Positions 46,481 through 55,923 of a stretch of 64,000 bases of DNA are shown piece by piece. The notes beneath the pieces were generated by a model. It was given only the letters and a program-made list of their open reading frames with translations, searched no databases and had not been told where the DNA came from. Origin of the DNA: Histomonas meleagridis 2922-C6/04-290x. Lineage: Eukaryota; Protista; Parabasalia. How positions within the stretch are numbered: position 1 is the first letter of the stretch; each line of letters opens with the position of its first letter. The DNA is taken from assembly GCA_020184695.1 (NCBI GenBank), contig JAANOX010000276.1, forward strand, positions 155,890-219,889, read 5' to 3'. A program made the position numbers and the translations under genes.

Positions 46481-47185
46481 CTATTCATTCTCTTTTTGTT
46501 TCACTTGTTCTGAGAGAACTGATTCATAGAATGCAATAAGCATTGCTCCGCAAGAATTTCGAAGAATTGTTACTGGTACATAAACAGGTACATCAAAGTT
46601 TGGAAACCTACATAAAACATGTTTAATACCGTTAAATTCTTTCATTTCAATGAGTTTTGTAGGTGGTGGAAGAGACATCTGTGAATTGAAAATTGTTTTA
46701 TTCAAATCACTTCTCCAGTAATTCCTTATCATTTGCTCGTTTTCGACTTCAATTGATCTAACCCATTTTGACTTTTCTGGAATAATACCTAAATAATAAA
46801 ATAATGTTCCATTTTCGTATTTATATCCATAAATTTTCTCTTGGCCACCTATTTGTTGTTCACTAACTTCTTTTTCTGGCGTTGTTTTGTCTTCTTGTTT
46901 TTGGTGTAATTCCTTTAAAATAATTTTAGCTTCGTCAATATTGATAGGTTGCTCATTAATAGAATTACATTTACAAACGTATTCGTCATAGCTGTTACTT
47001 TTAAAAAGAAACCATATATGTTTGAGTTCATAAATTAATTCTTTATCATCATGTTCTGATGAAAATTGGATATTTTCATATAAATCGAGCTTTTCATCAC
47101 CTGCAGAAATAAAGTTGTCTTCTTCTGTTATTTTTAATTTTTGTTGTATCCAATTTTTAAATATTTGTAAATTATCTTTTTCCAT
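46481..47185 (-). CDS. HP1-like protein with a degenerate chromodomain and a chromo-shadow domain
   Basis: EKIYGYKYENGTLFYYL...KWV..EV is chromo-like. PTKLIEMKEFNGIKHVLCRF..VYVPVTILRNSCGAMLIAFYESVL is chromo-shadow-like. Confidence 0.6.
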   Translation of the reverse strand: MEKDNLQIFKNWIQQKLKITEEDNFISAGDEKLDLYENIQFSSEHDDKELIYELKHIWFLFKSNSYDEYVCKCNSINEQPINIDEAKIILKELHQKQEDKTTPEKEVSEQQIGGQEKIYGYKYENGTLFYYLGIIPEKSKWVRSIEVENEQMIRNYWRSDLNKTIFNSQMSLPPPTKLIEMKEFNGIKHVLCRFPNFDVPVYVPVTILRNSCGAMLIAFYESVLSEQVKQKENE

Positions 47186-47252
47186 TTTTTAGCGCTAAAC
47201 CAGACAAAGTCCGTTAATGAAAATTGAATAATTATTTGCTCAAACGGTTTAA

Positions 47253-47984
47253 ATGGATTCCGCAGAGTTTATTGGTCTTAACGACGAACTTACTGAAAAA
47301 ACACTAAAACAATACGAAGAACTTGCTCAAGAAGAGCAACAAGATAATGGAGATGCTTCCAATGATGATTTTTCAGCTATACAAGCTTTAAAACCAAGAA
47401 TTGTCAACATGGTTGCATGTGTTGACTATGGAAGTGATTTAGACCTACTTAAAATAGCAACTCATGCACGAAACGCAGAGTTTAATCCAAAAAGATTTCC
47501 TGCAGTTACATTAAGAATTCATGAACCAAAAGCTACAGGACTTGTTTTTAAAAATGGTAAAACAAATATAGTTGGTTGCAAGACGGAAGAAGATTGCCTT
47601 TTGGCTGCTAGGAAGTTTGGGCGATTATTAAAAACATTAGGTTTTATTGTAAGACTTAAAAGCTTCACAATAGCTAACATCGTAGCCACAATGGATTGTA
47701 AGTTTCCAATTCACCTTGAGTCTCTTGCTTCAAGGCACAAAATATTTGCAACATATAATCCAGAAGTTTTTGCGGGATTAATTTATCGAATTCCGAAGCC
47801 AAAAGCAACCTTCATTGTTTTTGTTTCCGGGAAAATTATTATAACAGGTACCAAATCCATCGAAAATATTGTAACTGCAACAACAATTTTTCATCCAATA
47901 TTACAACAATTTGCAAGAAACTTTCCACTTCCAGCTGATATACCAAAAGCTATCTCTCCACAACCAAGTGTTATGGCATCATAA
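47253..47984 (+). CDS. TBP: TATA-box binding protein
   Basis: Two TBP repeats: IVNMVA..NAEFNPKRFPAV..ATGLVFKNGK and IANIVA..YNPEVFAGLIYRI..FIVFVSGKIIITG. Confidence 0.96.
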   Translation: MDSAEFIGLNDELTEKTLKQYEELAQEEQQDNGDASNDDFSAIQALKPRIVNMVACVDYGSDLDLLKIATHARNAEFNPKRFPAVTLRIHEPKATGLVFKNGKTNIVGCKTEEDCLLAARKFGRLLKTLGFIVRLKSFTIANIVATMDCKFPIHLESLASRHKIFATYNPEVFAGLIYRIPKPKATFIVFVSGKIIITGTKSIENIVTATTIFHPILQQFARNFPLPADIPKAISPQPSVMAS

Positions 47985-48719
47985 TTGTCAAATGTTTTTG
48001 TTTTAGAGTGTGACTTAATAAAAAATGTTTTCTTGTGTTTATTTGTTTTTGAAAGTGTGTTCGATTGAAAGCCAATAAGAAAGTTTGATCAATTAAAATG
48101 ATTTTAACCTAATTTATCTGGGAAAGATCAAATACATGTTATACCGCAAATTCTTCATTATGTTAACTTTGCAAAAGTAAGCAGTATTTTAGCGTTAAAT
48201 GGAAATTTTCAAAACGCCTTGTTCATTTTATCAAAAATTTATTTTAAAGATAGCACTCTTCTATCTCGTGTTTGTGTAGTATCTCCTTTTTGATTTTTTG
48301 ATCAAATATGAGTATATTTTGAAACATTTTTCAAATATCTTTTTTAGCATTGTTACTGTATCAGTTCTTAGCCTAGATAGCTGGATAGTGTAACTTTATC
48401 GAGGAATCGAAAGTCTGTATTTAAAGAAAAAAATTAATTATTATTTGGTTGTTTATTTATTTCTTATATATTTAAGCAACAATCTCATTTAACAAGGTTT
48501 TCGAAATAAAAGACATGATTTATTCCGAAATATTCGAAGATATTTATATTTTAGAAAAATTTTACGACAAAAAATTTGAGAATAAACGCAGTCCATTCTT
48601 CAAAACTAACCGTAATTTTCACACAATTCATATCGTTCTTTATATCACTTTATTTTTGGAAAAGTTGAAATCGAAAGTTAAAATTTTCCGAATTAACGGT
48701 TGTTAAAGATTGTTTGTCA

Positions 48720-49727
48720 ATGAACGATTATCATCTAAAGGATTTCGTGTTCCAAATAATCATGAGCAGGATCCGTGGTGAGAATCATTGTAAAGCTCTC
48801 TTCCAAGTCAAGAAAGTTAAAAAGATTATTGATTTAATCACATCAGTTTTTAAAAACGAACCAATACATTTGACTCTAGGAGGTGACTTCGTCATCGTTG
48901 GAGATATTCATGGAGACATTGACACTCTTTTAAGAATATTTCATAGATTTGATTATCCACCAAAGACAAATTACCTATTCCTAGGTGACTATGTTGATCG
49001 TGGGAATTATTCATTAGAAGTTTTAATATTTCTATTCTCATTAAAGCTTCTTTATCCGAGCAATATATGTATGCTTAGAGGGAATCATGAATCAAAGCGT
49101 ACAGCAAAACAATACGGATTTAAGACAGATTGTATTTCATTTATTGACCACAAGGCATATTTGAAGTTTTTGAAATGTTTTTCTTATATGCCATTAACCG
49201 CTGAAATAAATCATGTTTTCTTTTGTGTTCATGGTGGAATATCACAAGCTTCTTTCTCCATTAGTGACATTGAAGCCATGAAACGACCAATTGTTCATTT
49301 CAAAAAACAATTATTTACAGATTTACTATGGAGTGATCCACTTGATTCTCTCGATACTTTTGCTGAAAGTGATCGTGGGATTGGACACTTCTTTGGTAGC
49401 GAGGCATTAGCGCAATTTCTCGAGGATAATAATTATAAGCTTCTCATTAGAGCACATGAATACAATATAAATGGATATTGTTACAGCTTCAGTGAGAAGA
49501 GTTGTCTTACAATATTCTCTACTTGCGATTACTTAGGGAACGGAAACGATTCTTCTGTAGGAGTCGTAAACGGTCAAGAGATAACGGTCGAAATTTTTAA
49601 AAACGAAAAACAGAGCAGACACATACTCCCACAGTGGCTTCTGAGCGTAGAGGAAAAGGCAGCACGAAAAAGTATTGATGAAGAATTTGTAATTACTAAT
49701 GAGACGACTCCTGACTGTGTTATTTAA
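48720..49727 (+). CDS. PPP-family Ser/Thr protein phosphatase (PP1-like)
   Basis: GDIHG, GDYVDRG, RGNHE, HGG, DLLWSDP, LIRAHE. Confidence 0.92.
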   Translation: MNDYHLKDFVFQIIMSRIRGENHCKALFQVKKVKKIIDLITSVFKNEPIHLTLGGDFVIVGDIHGDIDTLLRIFHRFDYPPKTNYLFLGDYVDRGNYSLEVLIFLFSLKLLYPSNICMLRGNHESKRTAKQYGFKTDCISFIDHKAYLKFLKCFSYMPLTAEINHVFFCVHGGISQASFSISDIEAMKRPIVHFKKQLFTDLLWSDPLDSLDTFAESDRGIGHFFGSEALAQFLEDNNYKLLIRAHEYNINGYCYSFSEKSCLTIFSTCDYLGNGNDSSVGVVNGQEITVEIFKNEKQSRHILPQWLLSVEEKAARKSIDEEFVITNETTPDCVI

Positions 49728-50448
49728 ATTAATATTAAAAGAAAATTTTTTTGCTATTTCGTTGTAATTTTTTAAGGAGTATCAAATTGTTATATGTGTT
49801 AATATATCTGCAAATTGATACATCTTAATGAGAGTGAAAATTTGGTTTGTTTAGAGAAATCAAAAGAATTCATGATTTATGTTATAATATAATTATAAAT
49901 TGTGATAATATTACTTTGTTATATTAAGATATTGCGTTGGTTTCAGCGACTAAATTTTCTTGACTTTATTTTCTTTCCAAATTACCTGTAAGAATAAACT
50001 ATTGAGTTCGGTAAAAAAATGAAAAGCAATTCAAAAATGGTTTTTTGGGCGTTGTAAAAATACTTTTTGAATAGAATTCTATAATAAATGTTCATTTTTT
50101 ATCGTTTCAAAGTTGATTGTTTGTCTTTGTCTGGTTTTAATGGATATCAATTGTCAAAAAAATGCTAGAATCGATTAAATGGAATGAGTTAAAGGTTGGA
50201 TGAAGAAAATTTGTGGATTTTGGAGAATTCCAGTTATTTTTCAATACTTTTTGTATGTACAAAATCATTTCTGTTAATGCAAAAAGTTGAGCTTTGTGTC
50301 TCAAAATTGATAACCATCTCACTTCATCAAACCGTCTATCGTATACGATAGGCATAAAAGCACATTCAATTTCCTACAAAATAGAATAAAAAATGATCGC
50401 TAAAAACAATATTTTGATAAGTTTATCTGTCGTTTATCATATACCAAA

Positions 50449-52311
50449 ATGCAGACACAAAACGAGGAAAAACAAGATCAACCACGTCAAATATCAAATG
50501 ATCTGCGTGGAAATGGTAAACTTGATTTAGAAGAAGGGATAACAATGCTTCCATTTATTTTCCAAGAAAGTCCATTTTTTGCAGAACATAGAGAACAAAT
50601 CATATACAGTCCTCCTGTAGTACCAGTCCCTTCACTTTCGCTTATGAATCCATTCAAAAATATTAAGCACCCAATATCCCTTGAACAAATTCCAACAATT
50701 TTCCAACAAATTGCTCAAATACATGAAAAAGAAGAATTCCCATATTACATTGAAGAACCAAAACAAGAATTTACGGAGTTATTTGAAAAGGTCAAAGAAT
50801 ATCTCAAATATCTCATTCCATATGAACTTATTGTTACATACTCAAACATACCGAAAATCAACTTCAACACTATAAAACAATATGTCTCAGAACCACAATT
50901 TTATGTTTTATGTCATGTTCTATATCATTTCAAGTTTTTAATTTTAAGTCCAGTTTACTCAGAGCCAAAACAAAAAGAAGCTCTATACCAAAAACTTCTT
51001 TTTTATCTCAGCCCACCTGAAATATATTCTATCCCAGACTTTCCATTTGTTGTTGAAGCATCTGTCTGTGATATTTTTAATGGCCCTTCTGACTTTGTCC
51101 CAGCGTATATTTTATATAAATCGAAGTCAGAAGTATATGTTGTGAATCATGAATTATGTGAAAAATCAGAATTTTGTCCAAATTTACAAACATCTGAGAA
51201 CAATGCTGTTCTTCGTATGATCGAAAGCAATAAATATATTCCTTTTAACACATCAATGGCAAATAAATTTGATTTGTTATATCCATCTCAACCATCAGAT
51301 CAATCATTTAATGGCTCTTCCGTCATTTCCAACATCTTTCGTTCACTTGTAGCCACTTATTCTCTTCCTGCAGTCATTTATTCTGCGCTTGCCAAAGTCC
51401 TCATGACAAATCATCAAAGTATCCAAGAAGCATTAATTTCAACCATCTATAAAAACGACATCATGGATGGAAGTAAAAAGATTATTGATCATCTTGGTAA
51501 TGTTTATCATATGTTTGGACAAACATTACGCTTTTTAAAGCTTGTTATTATGTTTGAAATCACTCGATGTAAAGATTCACCGAATCAACTCTTAAGACAA
51601 AACAATACTTTTGTCCAATGTATCATTGATTTTGTAAGAACTAGTTGCCAAAAGCTCTTTCGGTGTCCGTTACGTTACATTTTTGAAAAGACAAGTGAAC
51701 TTCCTCTTGTAAACTACACATCACCAACCGATAACGACGTAAAAACAGTCGAAAAACTTTTTGATATGTTTTGGGGTACCCTGTTTAACACCACTTCGTA
51801 TTTGTCGAATGGTGTCAAATGTGTCCTTAGAGAAATCCGTATTTGGACAGACAAAACATATAAAGATGAGACCCTTAATCATCGAGGGTTAGTCGGGTTA
51901 TTCTTTTTACGAATCTTATTACCAGCATTATCATCACCTGAACTATTAGGTATCGATGAAAGTATGTTAGAGAAAGATTCGCTTAAGAAGGTCACGGTCT
52001 TTTCAAAAATAATATTAAATTCTATTACATTCGAATCATATGCATTAGTAAGTACCAAATTTGAAGAAGTCATTAAAAAGAATTCGAAAAACCTCGTTCG
52101 CTACTTAGAATTAATCACGGAAACAAACTACGAAAAGATCGAAAACAAGGACATAACAATGTTGGAATTTCAGCAAAGTTTCGAAATTTTAATTTTGTTC
52201 ATCAAGGAGAACATTGGTTCTATAGCAGAAGCTTGTGACCGGGAGTTTTTGCCGTCAACTTTCGCAGATGAGTTACTTTGCGAACTGTACAATAACTTAT
52301 TACAAATTTGA
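50449..52311 (+). CDS. RasGAP-domain protein
   Basis: QLLRQNN (arginine-finger region) and LFFLRILLPALSSP (FLR signature). Confidence 0.8.
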   Translation: MQTQNEEKQDQPRQISNDLRGNGKLDLEEGITMLPFIFQESPFFAEHREQIIYSPPVVPVPSLSLMNPFKNIKHPISLEQIPTIFQQIAQIHEKEEFPYYIEEPKQEFTELFEKVKEYLKYLIPYELIVTYSNIPKINFNTIKQYVSEPQFYVLCHVLYHFKFLILSPVYSEPKQKEALYQKLLFYLSPPEIYSIPDFPFVVEASVCDIFNGPSDFVPAYILYKSKSEVYVVNHELCEKSEFCPNLQTSENNAVLRMIESNKYIPFNTSMANKFDLLYPSQPSDQSFNGSSVISNIFRSLVATYSLPAVIYSALAKVLMTNHQSIQEALISTIYKNDIMDGSKKIIDHLGNVYHMFGQTLRFLKLVIMFEITRCKDSPNQLLRQNNTFVQCIIDFVRTSCQKLFRCPLRYIFEKTSELPLVNYTSPTDNDVKTVEKLFDMFWGTLFNTTSYLSNGVKCVLREIRIWTDKTYKDETLNHRGLVGLFFLRILLPALSSPELLGIDESMLEKDSLKKVTVFSKIILNSITFESYALVSTKFEEVIKKNSKNLVRYLELITETNYEKIENKDITMLEFQQSFEILILFIKENIGSIAEACDREFLPSTFADELLCELYNNLLQI

Positions 52312-52641
52312 GTTATTTTTCATTCATTTTGTAAAAAATGTTTCATGAAAATAAAGAATAAATAAATACTTGAAATCTTTTATTGTTTTTATGTATCTTA
52401 TATTTCATAATTTTGTTCGATAAGTTCTTCATTTCATTATTAACGGTCGCGTTTAGTTGTACGTTAAGAAGTTAAACTTTTGAAATTTTTAGCTTTTGAA
52501 GGTGCTTTTTCTGAGACTGTTGAAGCAAGGAAATGTGATATGACATTCGAATGGACTTGAGTTTATATAAACTTAAGAATTTCTTCTGGGTAACGTGTTC
52601 AGGTTTTAAAATTTTTGGTTCAAAGAAAAAAATTATAAAGA

Positions 52642-54795
52642 ATGGAAACCACTGACAACGAATGGAAATTACTTTTATCCATCGAACATATTGTTTATAG
52701 TTTAAATAAGGAAAATATCTCACAATCTGCATATTTAATCTTCAATAATTTTGATAAATTTTATCCATTGTCTTTTAATACTGTTATATATCAAATGGTT
52801 AACACATTGTTTACTACAAAAATAAATAATTTTGATGTTTATTTGGAATTTCTGAAAGAAATTGAAACAATTGAAGAAAATAACAAATGTAAACCAAAAA
52901 ATTTTATAAATCCACAAACACCATCTTATCTTCTTGCAAAAATGATTGAGCAAAATTTACTTGATATAAATAATATTCAGAAAAAAAGGAATCCATATTT
53001 AATTCATTACATGACAGAAAAAGAAATTAGAACATTAATGAATCTGTCCATCTTTCAAGTAATAGATGAATTATTAGATCTTTTTATATTTCAAATCGAA
53101 GAAAATTATGAAGAACTTTCAAAGAATGATTGGGAATTACATAAACAATTAATTAAAGAAGGTGTCAATCCAAATGAAATCGCGAAAATAATTCGAAATG
53201 ATGAAATAGAAAAACTTCAAGAAATATCATCACAAAGTAATTTTGATTTTAATCAAACAATTGAACCATCACTTTATGAAAGATGCACATTTGTTAATCA
53301 AGAAGATGTTACAATAATTGATTATGCAGCATTTTTTTCAGCAGTTAAATGTTTTAAATATTTACTTATAAATGGAGCAAAAGTAGAAAATACAGGTAAA
53401 TATGCAATTGCAGGCGGAAATGAAGAAATCATTCATTTATGCGAACAAAATCATTCAACATTTTGCGGTGCATATGAAACAGCAATTGCATTTCATCGAA
53501 ATGATATTTTTTTATATATTTATGAGAATAAAATTATTAAAAAAATTAATTTAAATGTATTAGGAAAGAAATGCATTTTATATCATAATTATGAAATTTT
53601 ATCATTTTTACTTAAAAAAGGAATGAAAATTAATAATGATATTATTAATGAATCAGCATTTATCGGAAATATATTTCTTACAAAATATTTTTTAGATAAA
53701 AATCTAATTCCAAAAGATATTTTAGTTTATGCATCAGCATCAGGAAATTTTGAACTTGTTAAATATGTTTTAGAACGAAAAGAAATTGATATCAATTCAA
53801 AAAATATCTATAAATTTTTATTAAAATTTATTTACATAATTTAATATTTTAAAATAATATTTGGAAATTATTTAAATTATTTAATACAGCACTTATGATC
53901 GCATCTGAAAATGGTAATCTAGAAATAGTTAAATTACTTCTTGAACAAGAAGGAATTGATATTAATGCTAAAAGTTTTTATTTATTTGATATTGTATTTA
54001 TTTTAATTATTTAAAACAGCACTTATATATGCATCTGAAGAAGGTCATACAGAAATAGTTAAATTGCTTCTTGAACAAAAAGGGATTAATGTTAATGTTA
54101 AAGATATTTATTTATTTTATTTAATATTTATTTCAATAATTTTATGTACCAAAATAATATTTGGGGATTATTTTGATAATTTTATATTTTAAAGTTATAT
54201 TCGGAAATAATTTAAATTATTTTATACAGCACTTATTTGGGCATCTAGAAATGGTTATGTAAAAACAGTTAAATTATTTCTTGAACAAGAAGGAATTGAT
54301 ATTAATGCTAAAAGTTTTTATTTATTTTATTTGATATTTATTTTAATAATTTCATATTTCAAAATAATATTTGGAAATTATTCAAAATATTTATGACAGC
54401 ACTTATTTTAGCATCCCAATTTGGTCATATAAAAATAGTTAAATTACTTCTTCAACAAAGAGGAATTGATATTAATGCTAAAGATATTTTTTTGTTTTAT
54501 TTTGTATTTATTTTAATAATTTTTTATTTCATAATAATATTTGGAAGTTATTCAAAATATTTACTACAGCACTTATGAAAGCATCTTCAAAAAGGCATAT
54601 AGAAATAGTTAAATTACTTCTTCAACAAAGAGGAATTGATATTAATGCTAAAGATATTAATTTGTTTTATTTTGTATTTATTTTAATAATTTAATAGTTC
54701 AAAATAATATTTGGTAATTATTTAAATTACTTGATACAGCATTTAGTAGAGCATCTTCATCTGGTTATACAGAAATCTTTGAATTACTTAAGTAA
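52642..54795 (+). CDS. DUF3447 plus ankyrin-repeat protein interrupted by six intron-like inserts
   Basis: Head exon to about 53810, then blocks at 53886, 54016, 54226, 54396, 54566 and 54736, all open. The last reads TAFSRASSSGYTEIFELLK and ends at TAA 54793-54795. Inserts are 68, 28, 108, 68, 68 and 68 nt. Confidence 0.72.
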
Positions 54796-55277
54796 TTATT
54801 AATAATTATTAATAATTTTCTTCAAATTATATAATTTATTTAACTGACCAAAGTTTCATAGAAATATTGGATTTAAGCAATAATTAATGGTCCATTTATC
54901 AAACTTGTTTGATGTCATTATAAATATCTTAATAAAAAAGTGAATTATATTTAGTTATCAAAAGAATAACTATTTTTGTCATCAAAAACTGATGTTTTGA
55001 TTTGTCTAGTAATTCAAAAATTGAATAGAAAAAAATCGTTTTTATTCAATTTCCCTATCAGCTAGACACTTCACATTATCAGGACTGTGTATATTTATAA
55101 AATTTTATGATAAAACATGATCTAATGTAGGCTATCTTAATGAAACACATCCCAAGCTTTAGTTGCAATTCTTATATTTTATTCATACACTCGTTTCCTG
55201 AAAAGCTTTTCATGAAAAACACTTGTCGTTTTTGAAAAACGATATTAACGGTCAATTTCCAGTAACTGTCAAATAAG

Positions 55278-55892
55278 ATGCTTGGGCACAATTTCGACTT
55301 CTCAGTAAAAATTGTGGTTGTTGGTGATTCTGGGATAGGTAAAACATCATTCCTAATACAGCTTGTTCGAGGTCAATGGCTTGGCGAGACGCAACCAACA
55401 CTTGGTGTTGAATTTTTAAATAAAGTTGTTCAAACCGAAAAGCATAAAATACAAATACAATTGTGGGACACAGCAGGCCAAGAACTCTTTCGTTCAGTCA
55501 CACGAAACTATTATCGAGGTGCCACCGGTTGTTTTGTTTTATTTGATATCACAAATCGGGACTCCTTTTCTAATGTTCAAAGTTGGCTTGATGATGTATT
55601 AGATCTTGCCAACACCAATGCCATCACTATTCTTATTGGTAACAAATCTGATTTATCTGAAAAGAGGCAAGTCACCACAGCCGAAGCAGAACAGTTTGCG
55701 AATGAGCGGTCTATGTTTTATTTCGAAACTTCTGCCAAAACTGGTGACAATGTCAAACAAGCTCTTGACAAATGTGTTGATCTAGTTGAACAACTTGCCG
55801 AAGACGGACATTTGAATTACATTCCACGGGGCGAAAGTAATACAATGCAGCCGACTCTTCGGGAGGAAAAGGAGTCCTCTTGTTGTAAATAA
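55278..55892 (+). CDS. Rab family small GTPase
   Basis: GDSGIGKT, TLGVEF, WDTAGQELFRSVTRNYYRGA, GNKSD, ETSAK, and a C-terminal CCK. Confidence 0.95.
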   Translation: MLGHNFDFSVKIVVVGDSGIGKTSFLIQLVRGQWLGETQPTLGVEFLNKVVQTEKHKIQIQLWDTAGQELFRSVTRNYYRGATGCFVLFDITNRDSFSNVQSWLDDVLDLANTNAITILIGNKSDLSEKRQVTTAEAEQFANERSMFYFETSAKTGDNVKQALDKCVDLVEQLAEDGHLNYIPRGESNTMQPTLREEKESSCCK

Positions 55893-55923
55893 CGAAAATG
55901 TATTGTATTAAAATTTTATTTAT

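Noticed and set aside
47253-47984. TBP as an unusually divergent variant
   Set aside because: The four intercalating Phe and both Asn equivalents are present, so it looks canonical.
53803-53885. Programmed -1 frameshift as the sole way through the inserts
   Set aside because: It works for some copies, but here the 0-frame stop precedes a -1-frame stop. The 28-nt class would need the opposite shift, and in-frame inserts contain stops.
53886-53892. IRE1/XBP1-like CAG|CAC cleavage site or U12 AT-AC intron at the junction
   Set aside because: There is only one such site per junction and it comes from the T-A-L codons. AT-AC boundaries do not restore the frame and are not conserved.
54504-54569. 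Canonical GT-AG intron GTATTT...TACAG inside the ankyrin insert
   Set aside because: It is 66 nt, leaves a frameshift and removes the conserved Thr. The GT is absent from most copies, and the AG is absent from copies starting ACT/GAG/ATA or ACA-CCG.
1743-54735. Stop-codon reassignment explaining the insert stops
   Set aside because: Conserved genes in the window end at TAA, TAG and TGA in their expected positions, and reassignment cannot fix frameshifts.
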